The position numbers and the translations under genes are program-made. This document shows positions 34,067 through 46,066 of a stretch of 64,000 nt of DNA, one piece after another. The notes under the pieces are model-generated. The model searched no databases and was not told the DNA's origin. It saw only the letters and a list, made by a program, of their open reading frames with translations. Source of the stretch: Stegostoma tigrinum. Taxonomy: Eukaryota. Within the stretch, counting starts at the first letter, position 1. Every line of letters begins with the position of its first letter. The stretch spans positions 8,375,464 to 8,439,463 of the forward strand of contig NC_081400.1 of the NCBI RefSeq assembly GCF_030684315.1, in the 5' to 3' direction.

Positions 34067-35820
34067 AAGATGACAAAGTGTGGAGCTGGATGAAAACAGC
34101 AGGCCAAGCAGCATCGCAGGAGCACAAAAGCTGACGTTTCGGGCCTAGAACCTACATCAGAGAGGGGGATGGGGAGAGGAGGGTTCTGGAATAAATAGGG
34201 AGAGGTGGGAGGTGGACTGAAGATGGTGAGAAAAGAAGATAGGTGGAGAGGAGTGTATAGGTTGGGAGGTAGGGAGGGGAACGGTCAGTCAAGGGTAGAT
34301 GGACAAGTCAAGGAGGCGGGATGAGGTTAGTAGGTAGGAAATGGAGGTGCGGCTTGTCGAGGGAGGAAGGGATGGGTGAGAGGAAGAACAGGTTAGAGAA
34401 GCGGAGACAGGCTGTGCTGTTTTTGGGATGCAGTGGGGGGAGGGGACGAGCTGGGCTGGTTGAGTGATGCGGTGGGGGGAGGGGGTATTTTGAAGCTCTT
34501 GAAGTCCACATTGATACCATTGGGCTGCAGGGTTCCCAGGCGGAATATGAGTTGCTGTTCTTGCACTCTTCGGGTGGCATTATTGTGGCACTGCAGGAGG
34601 CCCATGATGGACCAGTCGTCTGAGGAATTGGAGGTGGTGTTAAAATGGTTCGCGATTGGGAGGTGCAGTTATTTATTGCGAACCGAGCGGAGGTGTTCTG
34701 CAAAGCGGTCCACAATCGTCCGCTTGGTTTCCCCAAAGTAGAGGAAGCCACACCGGGTACAGTGGATACAGTATACCACATTGGCAGATGTACAGGTGAA
34801 CATCTGCTTAATACGGAAGGTCATATTGTGGCCTGGGATGGCGGTGAGGGAGGAGGTTTGGGGGAAAGTGTAGCACTTCCTGAGGTTGCAGGGGAAGTTG
34901 CCAGGTGTGGTAGGGTTGGAGGGTAGTGTGGTGGGGACAAGGGAGTCGCAGAGGGACTGGTCTCCCCGGAAGGCAGACAAGGGTGGGGATGGAAAAATGC
35001 CTTGGGTGGTGCGGTCGGATTGTAGATGGCGCAAGTATCAGAGGATGATGCGTTGTATCCGGAGTTTGGTGGGGTGGTATGTGAGAACGAGGGGGATCCT
35101 CTTGGGGCGGTTGTGTTTGGGGCGGGGTGCGAGGGATATGTTGCAGGAAATGCGGGTGACGCGGTCATGGGTGTTCTCGACCACTGTGTGGGGAAAGTTG
35201 CGGTCCTTGAAGAATGTGGACATCTGGGATGTGCGGGAGTGGAATGCCTCATCCTGGGAGCAGATGCGGTGGAGGCGGAGGAATTGGGAATAGGCGATGG
35301 AATTTTTGCAGGAGGGTGGGTGGGAGGAGGTGTATTTTAGGTAGCTGTGGGAGTCAGTGGGTTGAAATGGACATCAGTTTCTAGCTGTTTACCTGAGATG
35401 GAGACTGAGAGGTCCAGGACGGTGAGAGATGTTTTGGAAATGGCACAGGTGAACTTGAGGTTGGAGTGGAAGGTGTCGGTGAACTGGAAGAACTGTTCGA
35501 GCTCCTCTGGGGAGCAAGAGACAGCACTGATACAGTCATCAGTATAACGGACCTGTCTGTCTTCCCTGGACTGACCTATCCCCTCCCTTCCTCCTCAACT
35601 ATACTCTCCTTTCCACCTTTCTTCTTTTCTCTCCATCTTTGGTCCATCTCCCCCTCTCTCCCTATTTATTCCAGAACCCTCTCCCCATCCTCCTCTCTGA
35701 AGAAGGGTCTGGGCCTGAAATGTCAGCTTTTGTGCTCCTGAGATGCTGCTTGGCCTGCTGTGTTCATCCAGATTCACACTTTGTTATCTTGGATTCTCCA
35801 GCATCTGCAGTTCCCACAGT
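34067..35820 (-). mobile_element. Penelope-like element (minus strand, ~34067-35548) with an inverted terminal-repeat copy (~35549-35820)
   Basis: GIY-YIG NVVYCIHCTRCGFLYFGETKR...FAEH, RLGTLQPNGINVDF. The 3' region reappears on the plus strand after 35549. Confidence 0.9.
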
Positions 35821-36670
35821 CACACAGCTGCTGAAGACAGCTTAAGTAAAGAACTTTCTGACCTCTCAGAGTTTTTTAAAGTGAGAATAATAGAAGCAGC
35901 TGGATTCAAATGGCCAGCGCTCAAAGACCTGGCCATCTCTCGGAAGAGTTGGAGATTCAGTGACTAATTCCTGACTGCTACCTTCTCGAGAATTTCTCTT
36001 GCTTTTTTGTCTCTCTCTCTCTACTTGATCAGAGAACTGCATGGCAGGATCTGAATTTGCCTTTTTGACAAAAGGGTGTTTCTGGGGCATTGCTAAACTG
36101 GAACAGTTAATTAATAATGGCTGCTGTATCTATTGTTCAATGAAGTCTTCCAATATTTAAGTATTTTGAAATTAATCTTTCTTATGTTTGTATTTTGATG
36201 ATAATATTTAAATAAATTGTGTTTTGCTAAAGTTAAGGTATGGGCTACCTGTTGAAAATATCTGGAGAGGGTCTGATCTGGTCCATCACAAAGTGTGTGC
36301 TCATGTATGTCTTAAAAATCTACACTTCCAATTTGATTGTTCGACTCAAAGGTGGCAAATGGTAGGTGTTAGTGTCTTGTCTCTCATGTTGAGTTTGGTT
36401 GGCATCAACAGGGTGAGCCTTTCGTAGTAACTGTTCTTTCAGGGACTAACAGTTTTCTGAGTCGGGAAGAAGTTACAAAAAGTGAGCAAGGCAAAGATGG
36501 TGGAAACGGCAGGCAAGCTGGAGTTGTTGTCGCCTGGGTCTAAGGGAAAATGGGAGATAATTGCAGCAATAGCTCAACACTTGAAATTGCTGGGAATACC
36601 ATCAGAATCTTTGGAAATGACTAGAATTCAATTGCCAATGGAGCTGCTGGAACATGAAAAGGAAATGGAT
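35820..36670 (+). mobile_element. Gypsy LTR plus gag 5' remnant
   Basis: Similar to the 26300-26775 LTR (gaactgcatgg..ctgaatttgcctttttgaca). Gag-like MSKAKMVETAGKLEL...EIIAAIAQHLKL. Confidence 0.6.
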
Positions 36671-36884
36671 GCCAATCTTCAAAGTTGTGTTCATAAGTGC
36701 GCAACCACATTAGGATGCAATCTTGGGACCTTCTACTGTTTTCTCATTGACGTTTCTACCGTTTCAAGTTCAGAGCTGGGGAACTTCACTGATAATTGTA
36801 CGATATCCACGTCAGTGAAGACTCCGCAGGGTTAGAATCTGGACGTGCCAATTCATAGCAAACCAAGATCAAAATTCCCTGAAA

Positions 36885-36997
36885 ACAGAGTGTGGGGCTG
36901 GATGAACACAGCAGGCCAAGCAGCATCTCAGGAGCACAAAAGCTGACGTTTCGGGCCTCAACCCTTCATCAGAGAGGGGAATGGGGAGAGGGTTCTG
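36885..36997 (-). mobile_element. Isolated Penelope-type terminal repeat fragment
   Basis: Matches 34075-34190; contains a hammerhead-like core. Confidence 0.75.
36945..36972 (-). ncRNA. Minimal hammerhead ribozyme-like motif
   Basis: Reverse complement CTGATGA-A-GGG-TTGAGG-CCC-GAAA-CGTC. Confidence 0.55.
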
Positions 36998-37279
36998 ATA
37001 CTCTTCTCTCCAAATGTCTTGTAATAGGAATTGCTGGAGAGCAACATTTTTTGCATGCTACGAGTGTGTCATCAAATGGAGAGATGAGCAGTATTGCTGA
37101 GAACAAAAATGAAAACAATAAATAACCAACTGGCACAGGAGAAACATACCTGCATAGATTTGGCTACAGGCTAGCATAATATGCAACAAAAAGCAAAACA
37201 ATCATGATTATAAAGTAAAATCAGATTGCAACTTTCATGACTGACCCAATTTTAGGATGGACTTGGAGATATGGGCAGC

Positions 37280-38035
37280 ATTTTACACACTACAGCACAG
37301 AGGAACTACGAAGAGCAGGAGAAAATCACCTATACAGCATATTCAAACAGAAAGTGTACCCAATGAACACAGTCCCACGATTTCTCAGCAACAAACCCAA
37401 ACAAACAGACAAAACGGGCCCAGAAACCATAACCACTCTCCCCTACATGAAAGACATTTCCGAAATGACTGCCAGACTACTCAGACTTCTTGGCATAAGG
37501 GTAGCCCACACACACACCAACACACTCAAACAGCAGCTAATGAACTTAAAAGACCCTTTACAGACAACAAGCAAAATGAATGCCATCTACAAAATACCTT
37601 GCAAGAACTGCAACAAACACTACATTGGACAAACAGGCAGAAAGCTAGCCACCACGATGCATGAACATATATTAGCCACAAAGCAACATGATCCACTGTC
37701 ACTAATATCCTAACATACAGATGAGGGAGGACACCACTTTGATCGGGACAACACATGCATCCTAGGTCAAGCCAAACAGAGACACGCATGCGAATTCCCA
37801 GAAGCATGGCATTACAACCGGAACTCCATCAACAAACACATTGATTTGGAGCCAATCTACCATCCACTGAGAAAAGGAACAGGAAATGACATCACCAACG
37901 CAGGAAATGACATCACCAACCCAAGGAAACCTAAACAGATCAATAGAAAGCGGGACATAACACCAGCGCTTCATCGGAGGCTCACTGATGATGTTACCTA
38001 GAATGGTGACGAAAACGTCTGAAAACTAACCTTCC
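37280..38035 (+). mobile_element. Second Penelope-like family (Poseidon-like), GIY-YIG 3' fragment with a 21-bp tandem repeat at ~37880-37926
   Basis: TLPYMKDISEMTARLL...NAIYKIPCKNCNKHYIGQTGRKLATTMHEH. Confidence 0.85.
37982..38022 (+). ncRNA. Minimal hammerhead ribozyme-like motif
   Basis: tca-CTGATGA-t-GTTACC-tagaat-GGTGAC-GAAA-a-CGTC-tga: conserved core, 6-bp stem II, 3-bp stem I. One extra A after GAAA. Confidence 0.6.
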
Positions 38036-38039
38036 ATTC

Positions 38040-40620
38040 GCGGATATATTCAGTTTCTTCTCTCGTCAAAGTTTTCTTTAAAAACTGCATTAATTTTTCA
38101 TTTCTATCCTGTAATTCAGTTAATTTTCTGCACTGAAAGTATCCAGTTCTTCTCCACCTATTCTTATTCTTTTTCTCAACTAGTAGATCAAACGTTTTCT
38201 CTGAGAAATGAACTTCAGTTATCTTCTATTTATTTTCTGGCTTCTCCTCCTGCTTCAACTTAGTTCCCACACATTCAGGAAGCAGCTCACGTTGTTCTTC
38301 CTGGATCACCTGAGTTGTCTGATTTTCTGCTGGCACTTCAAACACATTAGGGATCATTCCCACCTGCAATCCCGCTATTTCATTACGAAGGTTAAATTGA
38401 ATTTCTGGAATTGCGATTTTCTCTATCAGGCCTATCACCCTTTGACCAATTTCCTCCGGACTCCCAAAACTTACTTTATACATTGGAACACTAATATATT
38501 TTCCGCAAAATTGCACATATTACCCATACTTTTTTCTGATAGTTGCCCTTCTGAAATATCTATCTCCTCGTGTCTCAACATTAAATATTGATTTAATCCC
38601 GTGTCTCTTAAATTTTTAATTTGTTTAATTAATAAACATGCTCCTCCTGGCATCTATAAACAAGTAAATTTGTTAAAGAATTCTGACCCGGTCCAATCAA
38701 CCAACCCGTTCTGTGGCACCCATTCTGGGGCAGCTTTTTTTTACATTTCACTGTGCTTTCCTCTACAGTGATAAACTCACTGGTTTGTCCTGTTTTGCCA
38801 CAAATTTATTCCAATTCTTTTCTTTTGTAAAAGCTATCAACACTGTGACTTCATGTGGCCTACTTCATTGCAGTGAAAAGAAGTGATTTTTTTACTTATC
38901 TTTCCCCTAATAGGTTTACATTTTATGCTTTGATATCTTTATCCTCGTCAGGATATCCTTTAACCTTATTCCAGATTTCTCTTTTTCACAATTCCTAACT
39001 ATCACAGACTGAATTTGATGTCGGAGGTGAAAATTGATTTGTGAGCCAACTCATAACCAACTGCTCCAAATCTTGCAGTTTTAACCCTCTGCTCTTCCCC
39101 ATGACTTCTCGATAGTTGAGAATGTGAGTTTTTGAACACCGACAAACTAGACGTCTTTCCAAGATGTTGGTCTATGTTAAAGTCCTTTATCTATCTCTCA
39201 AAATTAGTTTGCTCAATTCAAACTCGATGTACATTGGATGAGGGTCCCTCCTTAGATTCCTGAAACATTGTCTTTTGGTGCCTGGTAATAGCTCATGTGC
39301 ACTGAAGATGACATTTTTCAACTTGTGACGCTCCCCAAATGCCTCCTCTGGTAGAGATGCAAATACTTCACCACCTCTACCTATCAGACTTGTTTGGTCA
39401 TTACTACCCACATGGTCACTGGCAATCTCATTGGTTTAGCTCCTTTGTCAACTGAAACACAAAAGCTCCGATATCCTTCCTGTCAAATGTAGGCAATGGT
39501 TTCACATATTTAAACAAATCTACATCGGACTTTTGGCTACGATAAGATTGGTCATCATCACTATCCTTCTCACTAAACCTACCTTCTAACAGCTCTTCCA
39601 CCCTTTTGAATTGACTATCTTTCCCAATTGACTTCTGACTTTCAAACACTCCTACTTTTTGCATTTCATCTGCTTGGGTCTTTGTTTTTTTTTTCTCCTT
39701 CTCCTGCCTTCATTAGTAATTCAAGAGGTTTCATTTCATACTCTTTCTTTTTGTTCAGCTGTGGGTATTCTTTCCCTTCATTTAAATTCTGCAGGGGCTA
39801 TCACTTCCCGTGCAATTGTATCTCATTCAATTTGCTTCATTTGCAGTTGAATTATCGCCATTTCCAATCACTCCAATAGCATTCTTGGCAATTGCAAATT
39901 CCACGTATTTGCCGCAATTATTTCCCTTTTTTCTCACTGACATAGGCAACTCAACTCCATTTTTCTTTTGCCAAGTACAAAAGGTTTTCCTTACTCACTT
40001 TTTGTAAAACTTCACAAGTAACTCACTCAACCCTCAGGAACGTTTCATTGACTGAGCTATTGCTACAAAAAGTACAAACTCATTAACCCAACTGCATTCA
40101 ACAACTGAGACAAAAAAAAGCACTCGATGCCTTTGAGCGCAATAACTCTAAATCCTACTTTGAATTTCAGATTTTGATCCCAACAAGCGCTTTCAATTTC
40201 TTAAGTGCCAGACAAAACCCCTTCAAACTATTCAGAAGATGGTATAGATGCTAACTTGGTCTTATTTCCAATGTAATATATTGCATTCCAGGTGAAATTC
40301 AATTTGTCAAATGTTCCAGATTCAAAACAATATACATTTTATCTGTCTTTAATGACATCAGCAATGTAACTCTATTGGAAAACTTAACAGGATAATAGAT
40401 GCAATGACTATGAAGATTTCCCTGACCGCTGCCTTAAAACCCCTCTTCAAAATACCCAGTACAAAATAACCTGTGGAAGCCTCAGCCTCAACACAGTAAG
40501 TAATTGACACTCCCCAACTGAGCTTTTCTTTTGTATACAGATGTAACTCAGATGTTGTATAAAGGCCAAAATTTGTGGAAGAATGCTTCTCATAGAGATA
40601 GAATCTGCAACTCACTGCCT
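38040..40620 (-). mobile_element. Degraded Gypsy gag-protease region with an LTR-like end
   Basis: DLFKYVKPLPTFDRKDIGAF, HELLPGTKRQCFRNLRR, IPEIQFNLRNEIAGLQVG (resembles the 23543 ORF). Confidence 0.65.
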
Positions 40621-40699
40621 ATAGTCCTGATAAAGGGAGCTTTCCTCAACACCACTGAAGACTATTTCAATGCATGAACAAGGCATACAAGGATATGGG

Positions 40700-42490
40700 C
40701 CACGATCAGGACAAGTAATCTGAGGTGATTGGTTTTGTCTGGTCACATTTCAATGGACTTTCCACTGCTTGTCAGAACAGCATAATCACTATGAGTCCAT
40801 CACTACTGTCACTAAGTATAGTATCTATCCATCACATGATCAAGATAATAGGTCTGCACATCATTGAACTGTGAAACTCCCAATTCAACCCTCGAGTGAT
40901 CAGTCACTTATTAAAAGTTATAGTTATCGATCTGATAGCATTCTTTACTCGAAGGAGTTCCCCTTATTATTTACAACACTATCATTTTTCATGCCAGCTG
41001 CAAGCGCAGTTATCATACTTCTTGCATTCAGTCTATGTCATTAATGTATTCATCGTGCACCAAATCCTCTAACTCTCCAGTGAATGCAGGCTTCCTGTCA
41101 CAAGAACACCCATCGACTATCACCCAATGTGCCCTGCCGAATTAAGTCTGATAAGGATTCAATTGCCAAATTCCCCAATATCCTAGCATCTCTTAACAAC
41201 CTTCCAGTCTGCCCAAGTCTTGTTAATGGTCATCACTGAAGTTTATGTATTCTATATCATCTGCATTCCCTCATGTACGCAGCTGGTCTCCTCACCAAAA
41301 AAAAATGAATGTTGTAGACAGTAGTTCGTTTATCAAATCCATGTTACTTTATTCTTGCCTGCCCCACAGAAGATTAATTATGCTCCCCTGATGCTTCCCA
41401 ATATCCGCTTTCAACCATTTTAAAACTGCAAATATCTGTTTTCCTTTAATATACTTTCTTCAAGTATACTGCAGTCCCCTTCATGATTCATTTGCCTGCA
41501 TTATTATTTTCTACAGTGAAACCAATGCAAACGTTTTATTTGAAAATCCATCTCTGTCTTCTGACTCCAAACACATTCTGACACTTTCGTTACTAATGGT
41601 CAATATGATGTGCCTGGCAGCATTTTCAAGTATTTATGAATCGCACTTAAATTTTCCGTAAAGTTAGCCATTCGTATTTTTTTAAAATTCTACTCTTTTG
41701 TCTTAAAGCAAACTGTTTCACGTCATATACTTCTCTATGTCGTAGACTATTTTGAGCCGATTTACAACAAGCTTCTTTTTCCCGTATTTAATCCTGCACA
41801 TCCCTTGACATTCAGGGTTCTTAACCTTATTGTTTCCACTGTTCACCTTTGTATGAAAACGTTGAGGCAACATTTTCAATATTGTTCTATATTACAAGAT
41901 CCCACGTTATCATATTAAAATTGGCATTCCAAAATTCATAACCTTTATCTATGACTACCTTAAGTCTGATTGTGTTCTGGTCATGATCACTGAAATTGAC
42001 CCCTCCTGTCATGTCTGAAGCTTGACCAGCTTTATTGGCTAAAATGGGTCCAAGGCCAATCCGTCTATCGTTGATGTTCTATATGCTCTCTTCAAAAACA
42101 TTTCTCCTGCATGCATTTCAAGAATTATGAAATGCATAAAATCCAATGACATGCTTTTCATCCTAATTAATATTGAGGAATTTGGAATCTTCTATTATTA
42201 CTATCAATTATTATTACACACCCCTGAGCTATGCCTGCATATCTCTCTCTCTATTTTTAAGGTCTATCCACATATTTAAAACCTTTTAACATATCAAACT
42301 TCCATTGTTCAGGAAGTGACACTTTGAGCAATAGTGGAACAAAATCTTCTCTTCGACACACATCCTCGTCTTCCAAAGGCATCTTGACTGAAGACCTCAG
42401 TGCCCGAAATATGTTGTAGAATCAGAGCAAGGACGTGAATTTTATAAAACTTAACCTCAGCTTTCTACCTTTGATTATCTTCATACTCTA
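40700..42490 (-). mobile_element. Highly degraded CR1 LINE
   Basis: Scattered similarity to the 20410-23060 element. No ORF. Confidence 0.45.
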
Positions 42491-43302
42491 AAAACTGGTC
42501 ATTCTCTTGGTAAACCATTGCAATAAAGAGATGCCTATAGTCTCATTATCAATAATGTTTTAAGCAGAGTCTGTTAAAAAAATTGAATTCCACAGCTGCT
42601 GAGTGGTAATGCTCATTGTGCTTGCAGTTCTGGCGCTGAAAAAAAATTGGTTTCTATGTGTGTGTTTTTTTAAAAAAGAGGATAGATAATGATGTAACAT
42701 ATAACATAATGGGAAATGTTTCAGGACAAGTACAATGTAGCTTCCTCGCTGTCCTGGATTACAAGAGTCATCAGGAGCTGTTGCAATCCTTCAACATGTG
42801 GAGAGATGCAGCAGTGAGTATCATAAAGCAAATTGTGTTTGAAGAAATGACTGAAAGGATGGGTGCACGTGATTGGAAGAGTGATAACTGAATTGCATTT
42901 GGATACTGGATCGCAGTCAGGAGTAAAAGGATGACTGGATATCTATCTAGAAGACAGTAAACTCAGCAGATGCTGGAGTCAGAGATAGCGCAGTCTGGAG
43001 CTGTAGGAACACAGCAGGCCAGGCAGCATGAGAGGAGCAGGAAAGATGTTTTGTTGTTCTGGGTGTAACACTGTGCACAAAACGCTTTACCCTCCATGAA
43101 TTTCAAGGAGAAAGTACTCTTTTGCCATTGATTTTGTGCCCTTTGGATATTTACTAGACTGTGCATGTGCAATTCTTCATGACTGAAAATGTATGTGCTG
43201 AAAAAGAAGAAATGAAGAAGGTCTCCAATTCGAAACGTGGACTTCCAAGCTTCACTTGTACTGTCTGACCTTCTGCGTTCCTCCAGCTCCACTCTGTGTT
43301 CT

Positions 43303-43385
43303 TTCTGTCTGTCTGTCTGTCTATCTATTGACCTACCTACTTACCTACCTAGCTACCTCCCCACCTACCTACCCACTTATTTACC
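43303..43385. repeat. Compound (TCTG)n/(CCTA)n microsatellite
   Basis: Directly visible. Confidence 0.85.
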
Positions 43386-45709
43386 TTCACACCAGTTGCA
43401 GTTCCCATTAAATCGTTTTCTCCATCTTGCTTGTTTTCAATTGCCAAAGTGTCTTATTCGTTTTCAGTGCATAGTCTCTCCATGAAAGAATAAGAAGTAT
43501 TTTAATCTGTCTATAATCTCTCTCCATTTGAAAATGGACTTGGATCTCAGAACCTAATGTGAGCATTGTCATAATTGTCGATTGTAGTGTGAATGAATAT
43601 CCTCAATTCCTTACACGAATGATTTTCAATCTCCAGATAAATTTCTCTTTTCCTTTCTTTTCTCTATTTCCTTCCACATGCTGAAAGCATCAAATCATGA
43701 GAGCTACATCTTTTGATGTTAAATTTTAAATTGAGCCTTCACCTTTCACATGTCTGACATGTCAGTTTGTGGCAAAAAGAATGGCTTCAGCATTCACCTT
43801 AATGTTGTGCTTGAACACTTTCTTTTGCAGTGCCTGAAGTCAGCAAGTTTTCTCTCCACGTAATCCTTCCGCCTGCCTGCCTGCCAAATCTGACTTCATA
43901 TTTTTTAAAGTTACCTTGGAAGGAAATCTTCCCTTTATTCTAATAGCTCTGCCAGTTCTGTCTTCCACCAATAAAGTTCATTGATTTGGATGTTAGTCAT
44001 TGTTACTTCCATATTCAATGATACAATCAACTCTCCCACTTACAGTAATAACGCTAATTTAATTTCTTATTCTCCTGATGCAAATTCGCAACCTACTATC
44101 CATCATCACTGATATACCTTGAATGCTCTCATTCAGTCACAGCTCTGATACTTCTGACAGCCCTCTTATCTAATAAGGCATACATCTACCCTTGTTCCTT
44201 TCCTTTCCTTGCACCATACATTGGTATTCATTATTTAAGCTTATTTTTAACACTTAGCCACATATTATAAGAATGTTTTCCTATTCCGGATGTCACACTA
44301 TGCACAGGATGCTTCACCTTACCCGAATTTCTGGAATTTTTTTTTACATTTGTGTTTGCCTTTATGATTTTTTGGATATTTATTTGACTGGGCATGTGCA
44401 ATTCTCAGTAACTGCAAATTAGGTTCAGAATTTATCGTTCATTTATTTTTCTAAGTTTTCATGGATAAAAATACAAAAATATGCGTATTTAAAGCTGTAG
44501 TTGATGGATACATTGGTCAAGTCTGACTTAGACAAGTCACTTAATTTGCCATCATGGTAACTGCAAAATAATATTTGACCCGTGGAGCAGATGACTAGAG
44601 AGATGGGCATTGCTCCAGCTTCAGAGAAAACAACTTACAAATATTACACTAATCCTTACCTATTCATCGTCTTTCAATGGTTGGGAACCAAATGCTGAAG
44701 CAGGGAAAAATAGATCTCCTTCCAGGTTCTCTATCGACCCCAACCCTGTGATGACAAGTTCAGCACAGAAAAACAAGTTTCACTTGCTCATGATCCCTAT
44801 GATCAGCTCTGTCCCCATCAGGAACTAATTATTAATTAAAAGTTGTTTGCTGAATTTTCGATGACACTCTGTGCTCCATCTCCACATTTCATAACAATGA
44901 ATATCCTCTGTTAATATTCTGGTCAGAGAGAAATCGAGTTGTACACCACGAAAAAAGACCCTACAATCCAGCTGTCCATGCAGACCAGGTGTCAGAAATG
45001 AATCCAATCCCATCCTGCATTTTCCTGATAAACCTTGACCCCATCACCAACATCTCTGTCTTAAGTGTGCTCAATAATTTAGCCTCTACAGGACTCGAGT
45101 GGAAATATTACTGCTTGCCGTTTTATGTCCCGAGAGGAGGTCAAAACATTTCCTGACGAAGAGAGTAAAATTGCGATTCTTGGGCCTGAGTGATTTTTCT
45201 TTCTGGAAATTTATGTCAAATGTACAGTGTTTTGCGCCACATACTGACCCATTGAGGAAGTGCAGGAAATGAGAGAAAACGCATCAATGTATGAAAGCAT
45301 TTGACAGCCTGGAAACTGTGTTGAGCATCGCTCTGGCTTGACCAACACCCAATCACATGCATCTGTTCAGGGTGATTATTAATGCAAGTCAGTGAGTGTA
45401 CAGAAACAACATATTCGGTATTGTTCCATCAGCGTGAAGAGAAATGATGAAGCGTTGAGAGCTTGAGTTTGGAATTGACGTCGCTACATTTCAACAATCA
45501 TTCCTGAGAGGAAGGTGTCTACTAATCTGAAACCCTTGACAGTTCTTTTATTTTTCTTTTTATTCAGTAAATTAAAGGAGAAAAATACCAAATGATTTTA
45601 ATAGAGTCTATTGTTCCATAGATTGACTTTGCAAATTTGACATTTGGCAAGATTGGAGACTGTAATCCCCAATGTGTTTCATAAACAGTGCTGGAGAAGA
45701 ATGGAGGTG

Positions 45710-46066
45710 AATGTTTGCATGCTAGAGTCAATATATTTCACAAGTAATGACGCTGGGAAGTTGTTTCTGTTTGGCGGGAAGACTCAGACCCGTGGCACAG
45801 CCTTTGAACTGGAGGGGGTAAATTTAAAACGGAAATGAGGAGACATTTCTTCAGCCATAGTGGGAGGCCTGTGGAATTCATTGCCACAGAGCGCAGTGAG
45901 GCCGGGACGTTAAATGTCTTCAAGGCAGACATTGATAAATTCTATATCTCACAAGGAATCAAGGGCTATGGGGAGAGTGCAGGGAAGTGGATTTGAAATG
46001 TCTATCAGCCATGATTAAATGGCAGAGTGGACTCGAAGGACCGAATGGCCTTACTTCCACTCCTAT
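45710..46066 (+). mobile_element. Older CR1 LINE 3' end (target of the nested insertion)
   Basis: DAGKLFL...TRG...; reverse-complement similarity to 20430-20790. Confidence 0.75.

Noticed and set aside
37880-37926. Short direct repeats as a CRISPR-like array
   Set aside because: Only about 2.3 tandem 21-bp units without spacers, inside a retroelement in eukaryotic DNA.
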